From Escherichia coli (lineage in GTDB: Bacteria; Pseudomonadota; Gammaproteobacteria; Enterobacterales; Enterobacteriaceae): 64,000 bases of DNA. Shown here piece by piece: positions 13,023 to 24,208 of the stretch. The notes under the pieces are model-generated. The model saw only the letters and a list, made by a program, of their open reading frames with translations. It made no database searches and was not told the origin of the DNA. A program made the position numbers and the translations under genes. Position 1 is the stretch's first letter, and each line of letters begins with the position of its first letter. The stretch lies in the NCBI RefSeq assembly GCF_002854065.1, contig NZ_CP024147.1. One strand, given 5' to 3'.

Positions 13023-13430
13023 ATGAAAATGATTGAAGTTGTTGCCGCCATCATTGAACGTGATGGCAAAATTTTACTCGCGCAACGCCCCGCCCAGAGC
13101 GATCAGGCGGGATTATGGGAGTTTGCCGGTGGTAAAGTCGAGCTGGATGAAAGCCAGCAGCAGGCGCTGGTGCGTGAGTTAAACGAAGAATTGGGCATCG
13201 AAGCAACTGTGGGTGAGTATGTTGCCAGCCATCAGCGAGAAGTTTCGGGCCGGATTATCCATCTTCATGCCTGGCACGTACCCGACTTCCACGGGACGTT
13301 ACAGGCACATGAACATCAGGCGCTGGTCTGGTGCTCACCTGAAGAGGCGCTGCAATATCCGCTGGCCCCTGCTGACATTCCATTATTAGAGGCGTTTATG
13401 GCTTTACGCGCCGCCAGACCAGCGGATTAG
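13023..13430 (+). CDS. nudG: Nudix hydrolase, CTP/dCTP pyrophosphohydrolase (135 aa)
   Basis: Nudix box GGKVELDESQQQALVRELNEELGI. Confidence 0.85.
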   Translation: MKMIEVVAAIIERDGKILLAQRPAQSDQAGLWEFAGGKVELDESQQQALVRELNEELGIEATVGEYVASHQREVSGRIIHLHAWHVPDFHGTLQAHEHQALVWCSPEEALQYPLAPADIPLLEAFMALRAARPAD

Positions 13431-13668
13431 TGCTAAGGGTTTTGTCATCCCGCTGGCATTGCAGCAGTATTCCCTCGGCTTTAATTACCGCGCCTTCAGA
13501 ATAATTTTTATCCTGATAAACGCAGCACTGAGTACAGGGCTGCGCTGATTGCCCGCCTGAACTGAACACTTCTGGCGGTACGTTTACCTCCACGTCCGGA
13601 CGATAATGCGGGTTAGCCAGTGCAATTAATGGAAATGCTAATACTACGGCGAACAATGCTCGACTCAC
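13396..13668 (-). CDS. ynjH: small secreted protein, DUF1496 family (90 aa)
   Basis: ORF track; signal peptide MSRALFAVVLAFPLIALA; 3' end overlaps nudG 3' end by 35 nt. Confidence 0.7.
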   Translation of the reverse strand: MSRALFAVVLAFPLIALANPHYRPDVEVNVPPEVFSSGGQSAQPCTQCCVYQDKNYSEGAVIKAEGILLQCQRDDKTLSTNPLVWRRVKP

Positions 13669-13903
13669 AGGGAACTCCTTAACGTTATTGTCTCTGCTAC
13701 TGATAACGGTAGCCGGGTGGCAAAACTTTAGCGTCTGAGTTATCGCATTTGGTTATGAGATTACTCTCGTTATTAATTTGCTTTCCTGGGTCATTTTTTT
13801 CTTGCTTACCGTCACATTCTTGATGGTATAGTCGAAAACTGCAAAAGCACATGACATAAACAACATAAGCGCAATCATATTAATATATAAGGGTTTTATA
13901 TCT

Positions 13904-15247
13904 ATGGATCAGACATATTCTCTGGAGTCATTCCTCAACCATGTCCAAAAGCGCGACCCGAATCAAACCGAGTTCGCGCAAGCCGTTCGTGAAGTAATGA
14001 CCACACTCTGGCCTTTTCTTGAACAAAATCCAAAATATCGCCAGATGTCATTACTGGAGCGTCTGGTTGAACCGGAGCGCGTGATCCAGTTTCGCGTGGT
14101 ATGGGTTGATGATCGCAATCAGGTACAGGTCAACCGTGCATGGCGTGTGCAGTTCAGCTCTGCCATCGGCCCGTACAAAGGCGGTATGCGCTTCCATCCG
14201 TCAGTTAACCTCTCCATTCTCAAATTCCTCGGCTTCGAGCAAACCTTTAAAAATGCCCTGACTACCCTGCCGATGGGCGGTGGTAAAGGCGGCAGCGATT
14301 TCGATCCGAAAGGAAAAAGCGAAGGTGAAGTGATGCGTTTTTGCCAGGCGCTGATGACTGAACTGTATCGCCACCTGGGCGCGGATACCGACGTTCCGGC
14401 AGGTGATATCGGGGTTGGTGGTCGTGAAGTCGGCTTTATGGCGGGGATGATGAAAAAGCTCTCCAACAATACCGCCTGCGTCTTCACCGGTAAGGGCCTT
14501 TCATTTGGCGGTAGTCTTATTCGCCCGGAAGCTACCGGCTACGGTCTGGTTTATTTCACAGAAGCAATGCTAAAACGCCACGGTATGGGTTTTGAAGGGA
14601 TGCGCGTTTCCGTTTCTGGCTCCGGCAACGTCGCCCAGTACGCTATCGAAAAAGCGATGGAATTTGGTGCTCGTGTGATCACTGCGTCAGACTCCAGCGG
14701 CACTGTAGTTGATGAAAGCGGATTCACGAAAGAGAAACTGGCACGTCTTATCGAAATCAAAGCCAGCCGCGATGGTCGAGTGGCAGATTACGCCAAAGAA
14801 TTTGGTCTGGTCTATCTCGAAGGCCAACAGCCGTGGTCTGTACCGGTTGATATCGCCCTGCCTTGCGCTACCCAGAACGAACTGGATGTTGACGCCGCGC
14901 ATCAGCTTATCGCCAATGGCGTTAAAGCCGTCGCCGAAGGGGCAAATATGCCGACCACCATCGAAGCGACTGAACTGTTCCAGCAGGCAGGCGTACTGTT
15001 TGCACCGGGTAAAGCGGCTAATGCTGGCGGTGTAGCAACGTCAGGCCTGGAAATGGCACAAAACGCTGCGCGCCTGGGCTGGAAAGCCGAGAAAGTTGAC
15101 GCACGTTTGCATCACATCATGCTGGATATCCACCATGCCTGTGTTGAGCATGGTGGTGAAGGTGAGCAAACAAACTACGTGCAGGGCGCGAACATTGCCG
15201 GTTTTGTGAAGGTTGCCGATGCGATGCTGGCGCAGGGTGTGATTTAA
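13904..15247 (+). CDS. gdhA: NADP-specific glutamate dehydrogenase (447 aa)
   Basis: MDQTYSLESFLNHVQKRDPNQTEFAQAVREV...; GGGKGG motif; full-length match. Confidence 0.95.
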   Translation: MDQTYSLESFLNHVQKRDPNQTEFAQAVREVMTTLWPFLEQNPKYRQMSLLERLVEPERVIQFRVVWVDDRNQVQVNRAWRVQFSSAIGPYKGGMRFHPSVNLSILKFLGFEQTFKNALTTLPMGGGKGGSDFDPKGKSEGEVMRFCQALMTELYRHLGADTDVPAGDIGVGGREVGFMAGMMKKLSNNTACVFTGKGLSFGGSLIRPEATGYGLVYFTEAMLKRHGMGFEGMRVSVSGSGNVAQYAIEKAMEFGARVITASDSSGTVVDESGFTKEKLARLIEIKASRDGRVADYAKEFGLVYLEGQQPWSVPVDIALPCATQNELDVDAAHQLIANGVKAVAEGANMPTTIEATELFQQAGVLFAPGKAANAGGVATSGLEMAQNAARLGWKAEKVDARLHHIMLDIHHACVEHGGEGEQTNYVQGANIAGFVKVADAMLAQGVI

Positions 15248-15249
15248 GT

Positions 15250-15352
15250 TGTAAATGCCTGATGGCGCTACGCTTATCAGGCCTACAAATGGGCACAATT
15301 CATTGCAGTTACGCTCTAATGTAGGCCGGGCAAGCGCAGCGCCCCCGGCAAA
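15250..15352. repeat. REP/BIME-type palindromic repeats downstream of gdhA
   Basis: GCCTGATGGCGCTACGCTTATCAGGCCTACA followed by inverted TGTAGGCCGGGCAAGCGCAGCGCCCCCGGCA; typical REP pair. Confidence 0.6.
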
Positions 15353-15363
15353 ATTTCAGGCGT

Positions 15364-16402
15364 TTATGAGTATTTAACGGATGATGCTCCCCAGGGAACA
15401 TTTCTTATGGGCCAACGGCATTTCTTACTGTAGTGCTCCCAAAACTGCTTGTCGTAACGATAACACGCTTCAAGTTCAGCATCCGTTAACTTTCTGCGAT
15501 AGCAGCAGATATGCCAGTAAAGAAATCCCATTAGACTATTTTTTTGATAATCTTCTTCGCTTTCGAACAACTCGTGCGCCTTTCGAGAAGCAAGCATTAT
15601 ATAATGCCAGGCCAGTTCTTCTTCAATTGTCCCGTTTTGAAAAGCTGTGCTTGATATCGAGATCATCCATGATAATTCCGCCGCCCATATTAGCTTCGCC
15701 GAGGATTTACCGGAGCTATGATTAGCGCAATCAGAGATATAGTCTGAGGGAAAACAGCAAATTTATTCAACAAGGCGATAACCTGCTCTGGGGCTTCCTC
15801 CATGTTTGCTTTAAAGGTATTGGCTCCATGGTCGCCAGAAAGAAAATGCTCCATTAAGGCACAATAACTTTCGCTATCTTCGATACCCCATTGATCCTCT
15901 AAAGACTCGCGTCTTTTACTTATGATATCGATCGAGTCAAAAGGAAGCACATGATATTGGAAGGTATCTTTGCCAGGTTCAGGCTTTCGCGGCCAGAACT
16001 CCAGCGTTTCAGACCATTGCTTATGATAGAATCGATAAGGTGCGATCAATTGTAGCGCCTGTAATTTCTCGATACTGAGCGGCTCAATACCTTTAGCCTG
16101 ATAATAATGCAGCTGTTCTTTTTTTGCTTTAAAACCGGCCCGAACAATAAGCCCCATCATAATTAATAGATAAAGAAAAGAGCATCCCGCGGTAATCAGG
16201 CCTCTTTCATTCAAACCTTTGGATGTTATCGCTGCGAATACAAACATTACAGCGACAACACATGTTAAATACCCCCCCACTTACAAAGCAGCATGGCCTT
16301 ATTTTCTTTAATCATCCGTTCAAAATTACTATTAAATATTTCCCAGCCATTAAAAGAATACTTCTCGCTCCCAGGATGGTTTTGTAATAAAACTTTTTTC
16401 AT
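15364..16402 (-). pseudogene. ynjI: ynjI-like inner membrane protein gene split across three reading frames (apparent pseudogene)
   Basis: Three abutting ORFs in three frames (16402..16265, 16280..15690, 15666..15364); span from MKKVLLQNHPGSEKY start to final stop is 1039 nt, two short of a 346-codon frame; first break at a C7 homopolymer (16272-16278). Confidence 0.55.
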
Positions 16403-16529
16403 CACATTCCCTGTTATTACATACTTTAGAGGCGATAATTTTATCCATGCAAAAAAAATATCCAACGAATTTTCTTGATCCGCTGGATATTTCAGAATAT
16501 GACTCGAATAGCACGAAAGATTCGCTCGC

Positions 16530-18491
16530 TTACGCTATCGCCCCGCTTCCGGCTTCATCTGCTGGCGGACTTTTTTTCGCACTACGTTTACGCGGTGTAG
16601 CCTTTTTCTTATCAGCACTGCCACCACTGCCCGGAGCCACAATGCCGCGAAACTGCCGCACCGGAGTACGTTTGGCTTGATCAATAAGCTGATATAGCGT
16701 CCCCACCAGCGGCTGCATAAAGTCCTGATAGCGACACTGCTTTTCGCTGATTTGCGTCAGCACCGATTCCCAGTGCGCGGTCATGTCCGGTCGCGTAGCC
16801 ATTTCTGGCAGCGAATGGAATAGCGCTTTTCCGGCGTCGGTGGAGTGGATATAGCGCCCTTTTTTGGTGAGGAAACCACGCTTGAACAACAGTTCAATAA
16901 TCCCGGCACGCGTTGCTTCTGTCCCCAGACCATCGGTCGCACGAAGGATCTTTTTCAGATCTTTGTCCTGCACAAAGCGCGCGATCCCGGTCATCGCCGA
17001 AAGCAGTGTTGCATCGGTAAAATGGCGAGGCGGCTGGGTTTGCCGCTCTACCACTTCACCTTTTTCACACAGCAACTCATCGCCTTTCGCCACCACAGGC
17101 AATGGCGTACCGTCGTTTTCTTCATCGCGCTCTTTGCTGCCTAACAGCGTGCGCCAGCCTGCTTCAGCAAGAAAACGGGCTTTAGCGACAAATTTGCCTT
17201 TGGCAATGTCCAGTTCGATAACACACTTGCGGAACACCGCATCCGGGCAGAACTGCATCAGATACTGACGGGCAATCAGGTTATAGACCTTCGCTTCGTT
17301 CTCCGTCAGGTTGATCGCAGAACTCCGTGCGGTCGGAATGATGGCGTGGTGCGCATCGACCTTTTTGTCATCCCAACAGCGGTTGCGTATATCTGGATCT
17401 ACCACTGGCTGCGGCAACAGATCCGGTGCATGAACGCTGATGGCATTCATCACCGCGTGGCGTCCGGCAAAATGTTCTTCTGGCAAATAGCGACAATCGG
17501 AACGCGGATAAGTGATTAGCTTGTGTGTTTCGTACAGCTTCTGGCAGATATCAAGCACGTTCTGCGCACTCAGACCAAAACGTTTTGCCGCTTCAATCTG
17601 CAACGTCGAAAGCGAAAAAGGCAGCGGCGCGGATTCTGATTCCCGTTTATCGTTATAGCTGGTGACAATAGCCGGTTGACCACTAATGCGGTTAACCACA
17701 TGCTCCGCCAGTGGACGATGTAACAAGCGCCCTTCTTCATCCTGGTACGGTTCACACGCTTCGCTCGGTTGCCAGATAGCGGTAAACCGCTCATCGGCAG
17801 GTGTCACGATATGTGCTTTGACTTCAAAGAAGTCTTTCGCCACGAAGTTTTCAATCTCTTCATCGCGGCGCACCACCAGCCCAAGCACGGGCGTCTGCAC
17901 GCGTCCCACGGAAAGCACGCCCTGATAACCGGCATTGCGACCGAGAATGGTATACGCACGGGTCATATTGATGCCGTACAGCCAGTCGGCACGCGCTCGC
18001 GCCAGCGCAGAAACGCACAGCGGTACAAACTCACTGTTGGAACGAAGACGGTCGATCGCCCGCTCAACCGCCTGCGGGTTCAGGTCGCTTATCAAGCAAC
18101 GCTGCACCTGCTGGCGCTTTTCCGGTGCCAGTTGTAGATAGTCCAGCACTTCATCCACCAGCAGTTGCCCTTCGCGATCCGGGTCCCCGGCGTGAACGAT
18201 TTCGCTGGCTTCATGCAGGTACCGTTTGATGACGTTAAGTTGTTTGGTCACGGAGGGTCGGGGCTGTAATTGCCACTTTTCCGGGACAATCGGCAAATCC
18301 GCAAGATTCCAGCGCGCATAGCGGCTGTCGTAGGCGTCTGGCTGCGCCTGCTCAAGCAGGTGACCGATACACCAGGTCACCACCTGACCATTACCGCACT
18401 CGATAAAGCCATCGCCTTTACGGTGCGGTTTGGGCAGGACATCAGCAATGGCGCGCGCCAGACTCGGTTTTTCGGCAATAAACAACCGCAT
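16530..18491 (-). CDS. topB: DNA topoisomerase III (653 aa)
   Basis: ORF 16530..18548; start at [19 protein letters not shown]; 4 nt downstream of selD stop (selD-topB operon). Confidence 0.9.
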   Translation of the reverse strand: MRLFIAEKPSLARAIADVLPKPHRKGDGFIECGNGQVVTWCIGHLLEQAQPDAYDSRYARWNLADLPIVPEKWQLQPRPSVTKQLNVIKRYLHEASEIVHAGDPDREGQLLVDEVLDYLQLAPEKRQQVQRCLISDLNPQAVERAIDRLRSNSEFVPLCVSALARARADWLYGINMTRAYTILGRNAGYQGVLSVGRVQTPVLGLVVRRDEEIENFVAKDFFEVKAHIVTPADERFTAIWQPSEACEPYQDEEGRLLHRPLAEHVVNRISGQPAIVTSYNDKRESESAPLPFSLSTLQIEAAKRFGLSAQNVLDICQKLYETHKLITYPRSDCRYLPEEHFAGRHAVMNAISVHAPDLLPQPVVDPDIRNRCWDDKKVDAHHAIIPTARSSAINLTENEAKVYNLIARQYLMQFCPDAVFRKCVIELDIAKGKFVAKARFLAEAGWRTLLGSKERDEENDGTPLPVVAKGDELLCEKGEVVERQTQPPRHFTDATLLSAMTGIARFVQDKDLKKILRATDGLGTEATRAGIIELLFKRGFLTKKGRYIHSTDAGKALFHSLPEMATRPDMTAHWESVLTQISEKQCRYQDFMQPLVGTLYQLIDQAKRTPVRQFRGIVAPGSGGSADKKKATPRKRSAKKSPPADEAGSGAIA

Positions 18492-18495
18492 TGAA

Positions 18496-19539
18496 TTAAC
18501 GGATCTCAACCATGGCACGACCGCCGCGCGCTGGCACCAGTTCGCCAATCGCCGTCAGTTCAATGCCAAACTCGGCGGCTGTAGCTTTAACCTCATTTTC
18601 TGCTTCCGGCATGACCGCCAGCAGCAAACCGCCAGAAGTTTGCGGATCGCACAGCAAATCGCGCACTTCACGCGGCATTTCACCCATCAGATGACCGTAG
18701 CTGGCAAAGTTACGTTCGGTGCCGCCAGGCACTGCACCCAACTTAATGTACTCTTCAACCCCCGGCAATTTCGGGATCGCGTCATAGTCAACGCGCGCCT
18801 GCACACCTGCGCCCTGACACATTTCGCTCAAATGCCCCAGCAGGCCAAAGCCCGTTACGTCGGTCATCGCTTTTACGCCTTCAATGTTGGCAAAGGACGC
18901 GCCTGCGATGTTCATCCGGCACATCACTTCCGTCGCCAGTCCCTGATGTTCTGGTTTCAGCAGTGATTTTTTCTCAGCCGTGGTAAGAACGCCGATCCCC
19001 AGCGGTTTCGTCAGGAACAGTTTACATCCGGCTTGTGCGGTACTGTTTTTCTTCACCCGCTCGGTCGGTACGATCCCCGTCACCGCCAAACCAAAAATCG
19101 GCTCCGGCGCATCGATGGAGTGACCGCCAGCCAGCGCAATACCCGCCTGACGACATGCATAGCGTCCACCTTCAGTCACTTCGCGGGCAATTTCCGGGGA
19201 AAGTTTGTTAATCGGCCAGCCGAGGATCGCAATCGCCATAATCGGTTTGCCCCCCATCGCGAAGATATCGCTGATGGCGTTAGTCGCCGCAATGCGGCCA
19301 AAATCGAAAGGATTATCAACGATCGGCATAAAGAAGTCGGTGGTACTGATAACGCTGGTGCCATTGCCCAGATCGTACACCGCCGCATCGTCGCGGGTTT
19401 CATTACCCACAAGCAAATTCGGATCAACAAACTTCGCCTGCTCACTGTGCAGGATGGTTTCCAACACTTTTGGGGAAATTTTACAGCCGCAACCAGCTCC
19501 GTGGCTGTATTGGGTCAAACGAATCGAGTTCTCGCTCAT
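18496..19539 (-). CDS. selD: selenide, water dikinase (selenophosphate synthetase), 347 aa
   Basis: [23 protein letters not shown]... (Cys at the catalytic position). Confidence 0.9.
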
Positions 19540-19655
19540 GGACATCTCCTGTCAATGCAATCCGGGTATGGTAACCCTCATTCCGTGAAGTGATAAGTGA
19601 GAGTGTCTGAATTCCTGCGCCTTTGCTCACAATCCAGACAGTTTCGCGACAATTA

Positions 19656-20207
19656 TCAGAAATAAGTGACAAACGGCGTCGGGTCCGGGACGTTTATCGA
19701 CGTAGATGCTTTCAGCTGCGGCGTGCCGAGGTAGAGAAAACCGACAATTTTATCCTGCTCACGGCAACCGAATGCTTCACGCACTACCGGACTTTCAGTT
19801 AATGCGCCACTGCGCCAGATGCCGCCAAACCCCTGGGCAACGGCTGCCATTTGCATCGCCATGACCGCGCATCCGGCAGACATTTCCTGTTCCCATCGCG
19901 GGACTTTATGATTTTCTTCGCATTTCGCCACCACCGTGATGATGAGCGGTGCGCGGAACGGCGCATTACGGGCTTTGTCGATAGCTTTGTCATCACTACC
20001 GGCAGCAATCGCCCCCTGTTCCAGTACGGCGCTGAAACGCTCGCGCCCTTCCCCTTCAATCACAAAAAAATGCCACGGTTGCATGGACTTATGGTCCGGC
20101 GCACGCATACCCGCACGCAGGATGTTTTGCAGTTGTTCACCCGTTGGCGCGGGTTCAGCCAGGCGGGAGGCGCTACGGCGATTGATCAATAGTTCGAGTG
20201 CATCCAT
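19656..20207 (-). CDS. ydjA: nitroreductase-family protein (183 aa)
   Basis: ORF 19656..20225; start at [16 protein letters not shown]. Confidence 0.85.
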   Translation of the reverse strand: MDALELLINRRSASRLAEPAPTGEQLQNILRAGMRAPDHKSMQPWHFFVIEGEGRERFSAVLEQGAIAAGSDDKAIDKARNAPFRAPLIITVVAKCEENHKVPRWEQEMSAGCAVMAMQMAAVAQGFGGIWRSGALTESPVVREAFGCREQDKIVGFLYLGTPQLKASTSINVPDPTPFVTYF

Positions 20208-20367
20208 TTGATTAACTCCTGTCATGATATTTATTCACAAAATTAACACGAGAGTGGATTTTGTTACAGCACAGTCCGCAATTCCTGCTGACAAGTGCCG
20301 GTTGGGTCATTACGATAACCACATCTATTGCGCCTGTGACAGGTGTGACCTTAAGTTGGGAGAATAC

Positions 20368-22224
20368 ATGCGAACCCTTTGGCGATTTATTGCCGGATTT
20401 TTTAAATGGACGTGGCGTCTGCTGAATTTCGTCCGTGAAATGGTACTTAACCTGTTCTTTATTTTTCTCGTGCTGGTTGGTGTGGGGATCTGGATGCAGG
20501 TCAGTGGTGGTGATTCGAAAGAAACGGCCAGTCGTGGTGCACTGCTGCTGGACATTTCTGGTGTAATCGTCGATAAACCCGACAGTTCTCAGCGGTTTAG
20601 TAAATTAAGCCGCCAACTACTTGGTGCCAGTTCCGATCGTCTGCAGGAAAACTCACTGTTTGATATCGTCAACACCATTCGCCAGGCGAAGGACGACCGC
20701 AATATCACCGGTATCGTGATGGATCTGAAAAACTTCGCAGGCGGCGACCTGCCGTCTATGCAGTACATCGGCAAAGCCCTGAAAGAGTTTCGTGACAGCG
20801 GGAAACCGGTTTATGCCGTTGGCGAGAACTACAGCCAGGGGCAATATTATCTCGCCAGTTTCGCCAATAAAATTTGGCTGTCACCGCAAGGCGTGGTGGA
20901 TTTGCACGGTTTTGCTACCAACGGTCTGTACTACAAATCGTTGCTGGATAAGCTGAAAGTTTCCACCCATGTGTTCCGCGTGGGTACGTATAAATCTGCC
21001 GTTGAACCGTTTATTCGTGATGACATGTCACCGGCAGCCCGCGAAGCTGACAGCCGCTGGATTGGTGAGCTGTGGCAAAACTATCTGAATACTGTTGCCG
21101 CTAACCGGCAGATCCCTGCTCAGCAGGTATTCCCTGGCGCGCAAGGGTTGCTTGAGGGTTTAACCAAAACCGGTGGCGATACCGCGAAATATGCACTGGA
21201 AAACAAGCTGGTCGATGCACTGGCATCGAGTGCGGAAATCGAAAAAGCACTGACCAAAGAGTTCGGCTGGAGTAAGACTGATAAAAATTATCGCGCCATC
21301 AGTTATTACGATTACGCATTGAAAACGCCGGCAGATACCGGTGACAGCATCGGTGTCGTCTTCGCTAATGGCGCAATTATGGATGGCGAGGAAACTCAGG
21401 GGAATGTTGGCGGTGATACCACTGCGGCACAAATCCGCGACGCTCGCCTTGACCCGAAAGTGAAAGCGATTGTCCTGCGTGTTAATAGCCCAGGCGGCAG
21501 CGTTACCGCGTCTGAAGTGATTCGCGCTGAACTGGCAGCAGCCCGGGCAGCGGGTAAGCCTGTGGTTGTATCGATGGGCGGCATGGCGGCATCTGGTGGT
21601 TACTGGATTTCCACGCCAGCTAATTACATTGTGGCTAACCCCAGCACCCTGACCGGTTCTATTGGTATCTTCGGCGTGATCACCACCGTAGAAAATAGTC
21701 TGGATTCGATTGGTGTTCATACTGATGGTGTCTCAACTTCACCGCTGGCAGATGTTTCTATCACCAGGGCACTGCCGCCGGAAGCGCAGCAGATGATGCA
21801 GTTAAGCATTGAGAATGGCTATAAACGCTTTATTACGCTGGTTGCTGATGCGCGTCATTCGACGCCGGAGCAGATTGATAAAATCGCCCAGGGCCACGTC
21901 TGGACCGGTCAGGACGCAAAAGCTAACGGGCTGGTCGATAGTCTCGGGGATTTCGATGATGCGGTCGCCAAAGCAGCAGAGCTGGCAAAAGTGAAACAGT
22001 GGCATCTGGAATACTACGTTGATGAACCGACCTTCTTCGACAAAGTGATGGACAACATGTCTGGTTCTGTCCGGGCAATGTTGCCAGATGCGTTCCAGGC
22101 CATGTTACCTGCACCGCTTGCCTCGGTAGCCTCTACCGTTAAAAGTGAAAGTGACAAGCTGGCCGCGTTTAACGACCCACAAAACCGTTATGCGTTTTGC
22201 CTGACCTGCGCCAACGTGCGTTAA
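20368..22224 (+). CDS. sppA: signal peptide peptidase A / protease IV (618 aa)
   Basis: ORF 20224..22224; start at [21 protein letters not shown]; duplicated ClpP-like S49 domains. Confidence 0.9.
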
Positions 22225-22237
22225 ATCCTGCAAAAAT

Positions 22238-23050
22238 GTGGTCGATATGCTGTCGGCCACACTCCTGAATCGGACTGTCTTTCACTCCCTCTCTCCACTA
22301 CATTCCCTTGCTCATTTAGCATCTGATATGGAGTCATCAGTGAACAAGGCCCCCTCTTTAATTGCCGCTATCGTCCTCGGACTGGGGATTAGCGCCTGTG
22401 GTTATTTTGTTGGTGATGGTGTTAAACATTTAAAAACCAACAACCGTTATGTGAATGTGCGCGGGCTTTCTGAAAAAGAAGTTCGCGCAGATACGGCAGA
22501 ATTAACAATTGCGATTAACTTTAAGGGTAATGTTCCCGGCGAACTGTTCCCGAAACTGGAAGACGCGCAGAAAAAAATTGTTGCCGAACTCAATGCTCAG
22601 GGGATTAACGAGAAAGAGATAATCCTGGGCCAATGGACAAGCAAGCGAACTGATTCCTTCTATCTGAAAGATGATCCCACAATGCCACGCTATAACGCAG
22701 ACGGGTCAGTGACGATAAAAACCCATAATGTTGCTGCTGTCGAAAAAGTCGTCGCGAAATTAAACGAACTGCAAGTCGCTACGGATGGCGCTATCGCTGA
22801 GAGCAAAGTCGCCTATCGCTTTAATGGTATTGGCGCACTGCGCGCTGAGATGATTGCTGCCGCCACCAAAGATGCACGCAACGCCGCACTACAATTTGCA
22901 ACGGACTCAGGTAGCCAGGTGGGGTCAATTAGCGATGCCTCACAAGGCGTATTCCAGATCTTTGCCAGTGGCAGTGATGAAGATGATCCTACGGCGATTA
23001 ATAAAACGGTACGCGTAGTCACGACCGTAACCTATGCGTTGCAGGATTAA
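22238..23050 (+). CDS. putative lipoprotein with SIMPL/DUF541-like sequence pattern (270 aa from GTG; more likely 240 aa from ATG at 22328)
   Basis: Uninterrupted ORF with E. coli-like codon usage; internal start MESSVNKAPSLIAAIVLGLGISA|CG carries signal peptide plus lipobox; C-terminal AxxxAxxxA...G..G.I pattern resembles the SIMPL fold (YggE, BP26). No gene at this position in the K-12 order as I recall it. Confidence 0.55.
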   Translation: MVDMLSATLLNRTVFHSLSPLHSLAHLASDMESSVNKAPSLIAAIVLGLGISACGYFVGDGVKHLKTNNRYVNVRGLSEKEVRADTAELTIAINFKGNVPGELFPKLEDAQKKIVAELNAQGINEKEIILGQWTSKRTDSFYLKDDPTMPRYNADGSVTIKTHNVAAVEKVVAKLNELQVATDGAIAESKVAYRFNGIGALRAEMIAAATKDARNAALQFATDSGSQVGSISDASQGVFQIFASGSDEDDPTAINKTVRVVTTVTYALQD

Positions 23051-23058
23051 CCACTTTT

Positions 23059-23100
23059 CTCCGGCGGGACACTAATCCCTCCGTCCTGCCGGACTTTTCT
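23059..23100 (+). terminator. candidate intrinsic terminator after the extra ORF
   Basis: Imperfect inverted repeat TCCGGCGGGA...TCCTGCCGGA followed by CTTTTCTC. Confidence 0.4.
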
Positions 23101-23181
23101 CATATCCACAGAGTATCCAGGTGCGCTCGCTGCCCCTCACGTATATACTTTTGCTCTTTCGATATCATTCATATCAATATC

Positions 23182-24198
23182 ATGCAAAAGAAATCAATTT
23201 ACGTTGCCTACACGGGCGGGACCATCGGGATGCAGCGTTCCGAGCAGGGTTATATACCGGTGTCAGGTCATCTACAACGCCAACTGGCGCTGATGCCGGA
23301 ATTCCATCGCCCGGAGATGCCAGATTTCACCATTCATGAATATACGCCGCTGATGGATTCTTCAGATATGACGCCGGAAGACTGGCAGCATATTGCTGAA
23401 GATATTAAAGCGCACTATGACGACTATGATGGTTTTGTCATTCTGCACGGCACCGATACGATGGCATATACCGCCTCTGCGCTGTCGTTCATGCTCGAAA
23501 ATCTCGGTAAACCGGTCATTGTGACAGGGTCACAAATCCCGCTGGCTGAGTTACGCTCTGACGGACAAATTAATCTGCTGAATGCGTTGTACGTTGCGGC
23601 GAATTATCCGATCAACGAAGTAACGCTCTTTTTCAATAACCGATTGTATCGCGGCAACCGCACTACCAAAGCCCATGCCGATGGTTTTGATGCGTTTGCC
23701 TCTCCAAACCTTCCTCCGTTACTGGAAGCAGGTATCCATATTCGTCGTTTGAATACGCCACCAGCCCCGCACGGTGAAGGGGAATTGATCGTTCATCCAA
23801 TCACGCCACAACCAATTGGCGTAGTGACGATTTATCCGGGGATTTCTGCTGACGTCGTGCGCAATTTTCTGCGCCAACCGGTGAAAGCATTGATTCTGCG
23901 CTCATATGGCGTGGGTAATGCGCCACAAAACAAAGCCTTCCTGCAGGAATTACAAGAAGCCAGCGATCGCGGTATTGTGGTGGTCAACCTGACACAATGT
24001 ATGTCCGGTAAAGTGAATATGGGTGGTTATGCCACCGGTAACGCCCTCGCCCATGCTGGCGTTATTGGCGGTGCAGATATGACTGTAGAAGCCACGCTAA
24101 CCAAACTGCATTACCTGCTTAGCCAGGAACTGGATACTGAAACCATTCGCAAGGCCATGAGCCAAAACCTGCGCGGCGAACTGACGCCGGATGATTAA
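23182..24198 (+). CDS. ansA: L-asparaginase I, cytoplasmic (338 aa)
   Basis: MQKKSIYVAYTGGTIGMQRSEQGYIPVSG...; TGGTIG active-site motif. Confidence 0.9.
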   Translation: MQKKSIYVAYTGGTIGMQRSEQGYIPVSGHLQRQLALMPEFHRPEMPDFTIHEYTPLMDSSDMTPEDWQHIAEDIKAHYDDYDGFVILHGTDTMAYTASALSFMLENLGKPVIVTGSQIPLAELRSDGQINLLNALYVAANYPINEVTLFFNNRLYRGNRTTKAHADGFDAFASPNLPPLLEAGIHIRRLNTPPAPHGEGELIVHPITPQPIGVVTIYPGISADVVRNFLRQPVKALILRSYGVGNAPQNKAFLQELQEASDRGIVVVNLTQCMSGKVNMGGYATGNALAHAGVIGGADMTVEATLTKLHYLLSQELDTETIRKAMSQNLRGELTPDD

Positions 24199-24208
24199 GG
24201 AGACTGCA

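Noticed and set aside
18430-19593. Plus-strand ORFs of 178 and 186 codons within the topB-selD region
   Set aside because: Both are antisense to topB/selD, whose translations match known proteins end to end; no supporting start context.
21160-21720. 186-codon minus-strand ORF inside sppA
   Set aside because: Shadow ORF antisense to sppA; Cys/Arg-rich composition atypical of real proteins.
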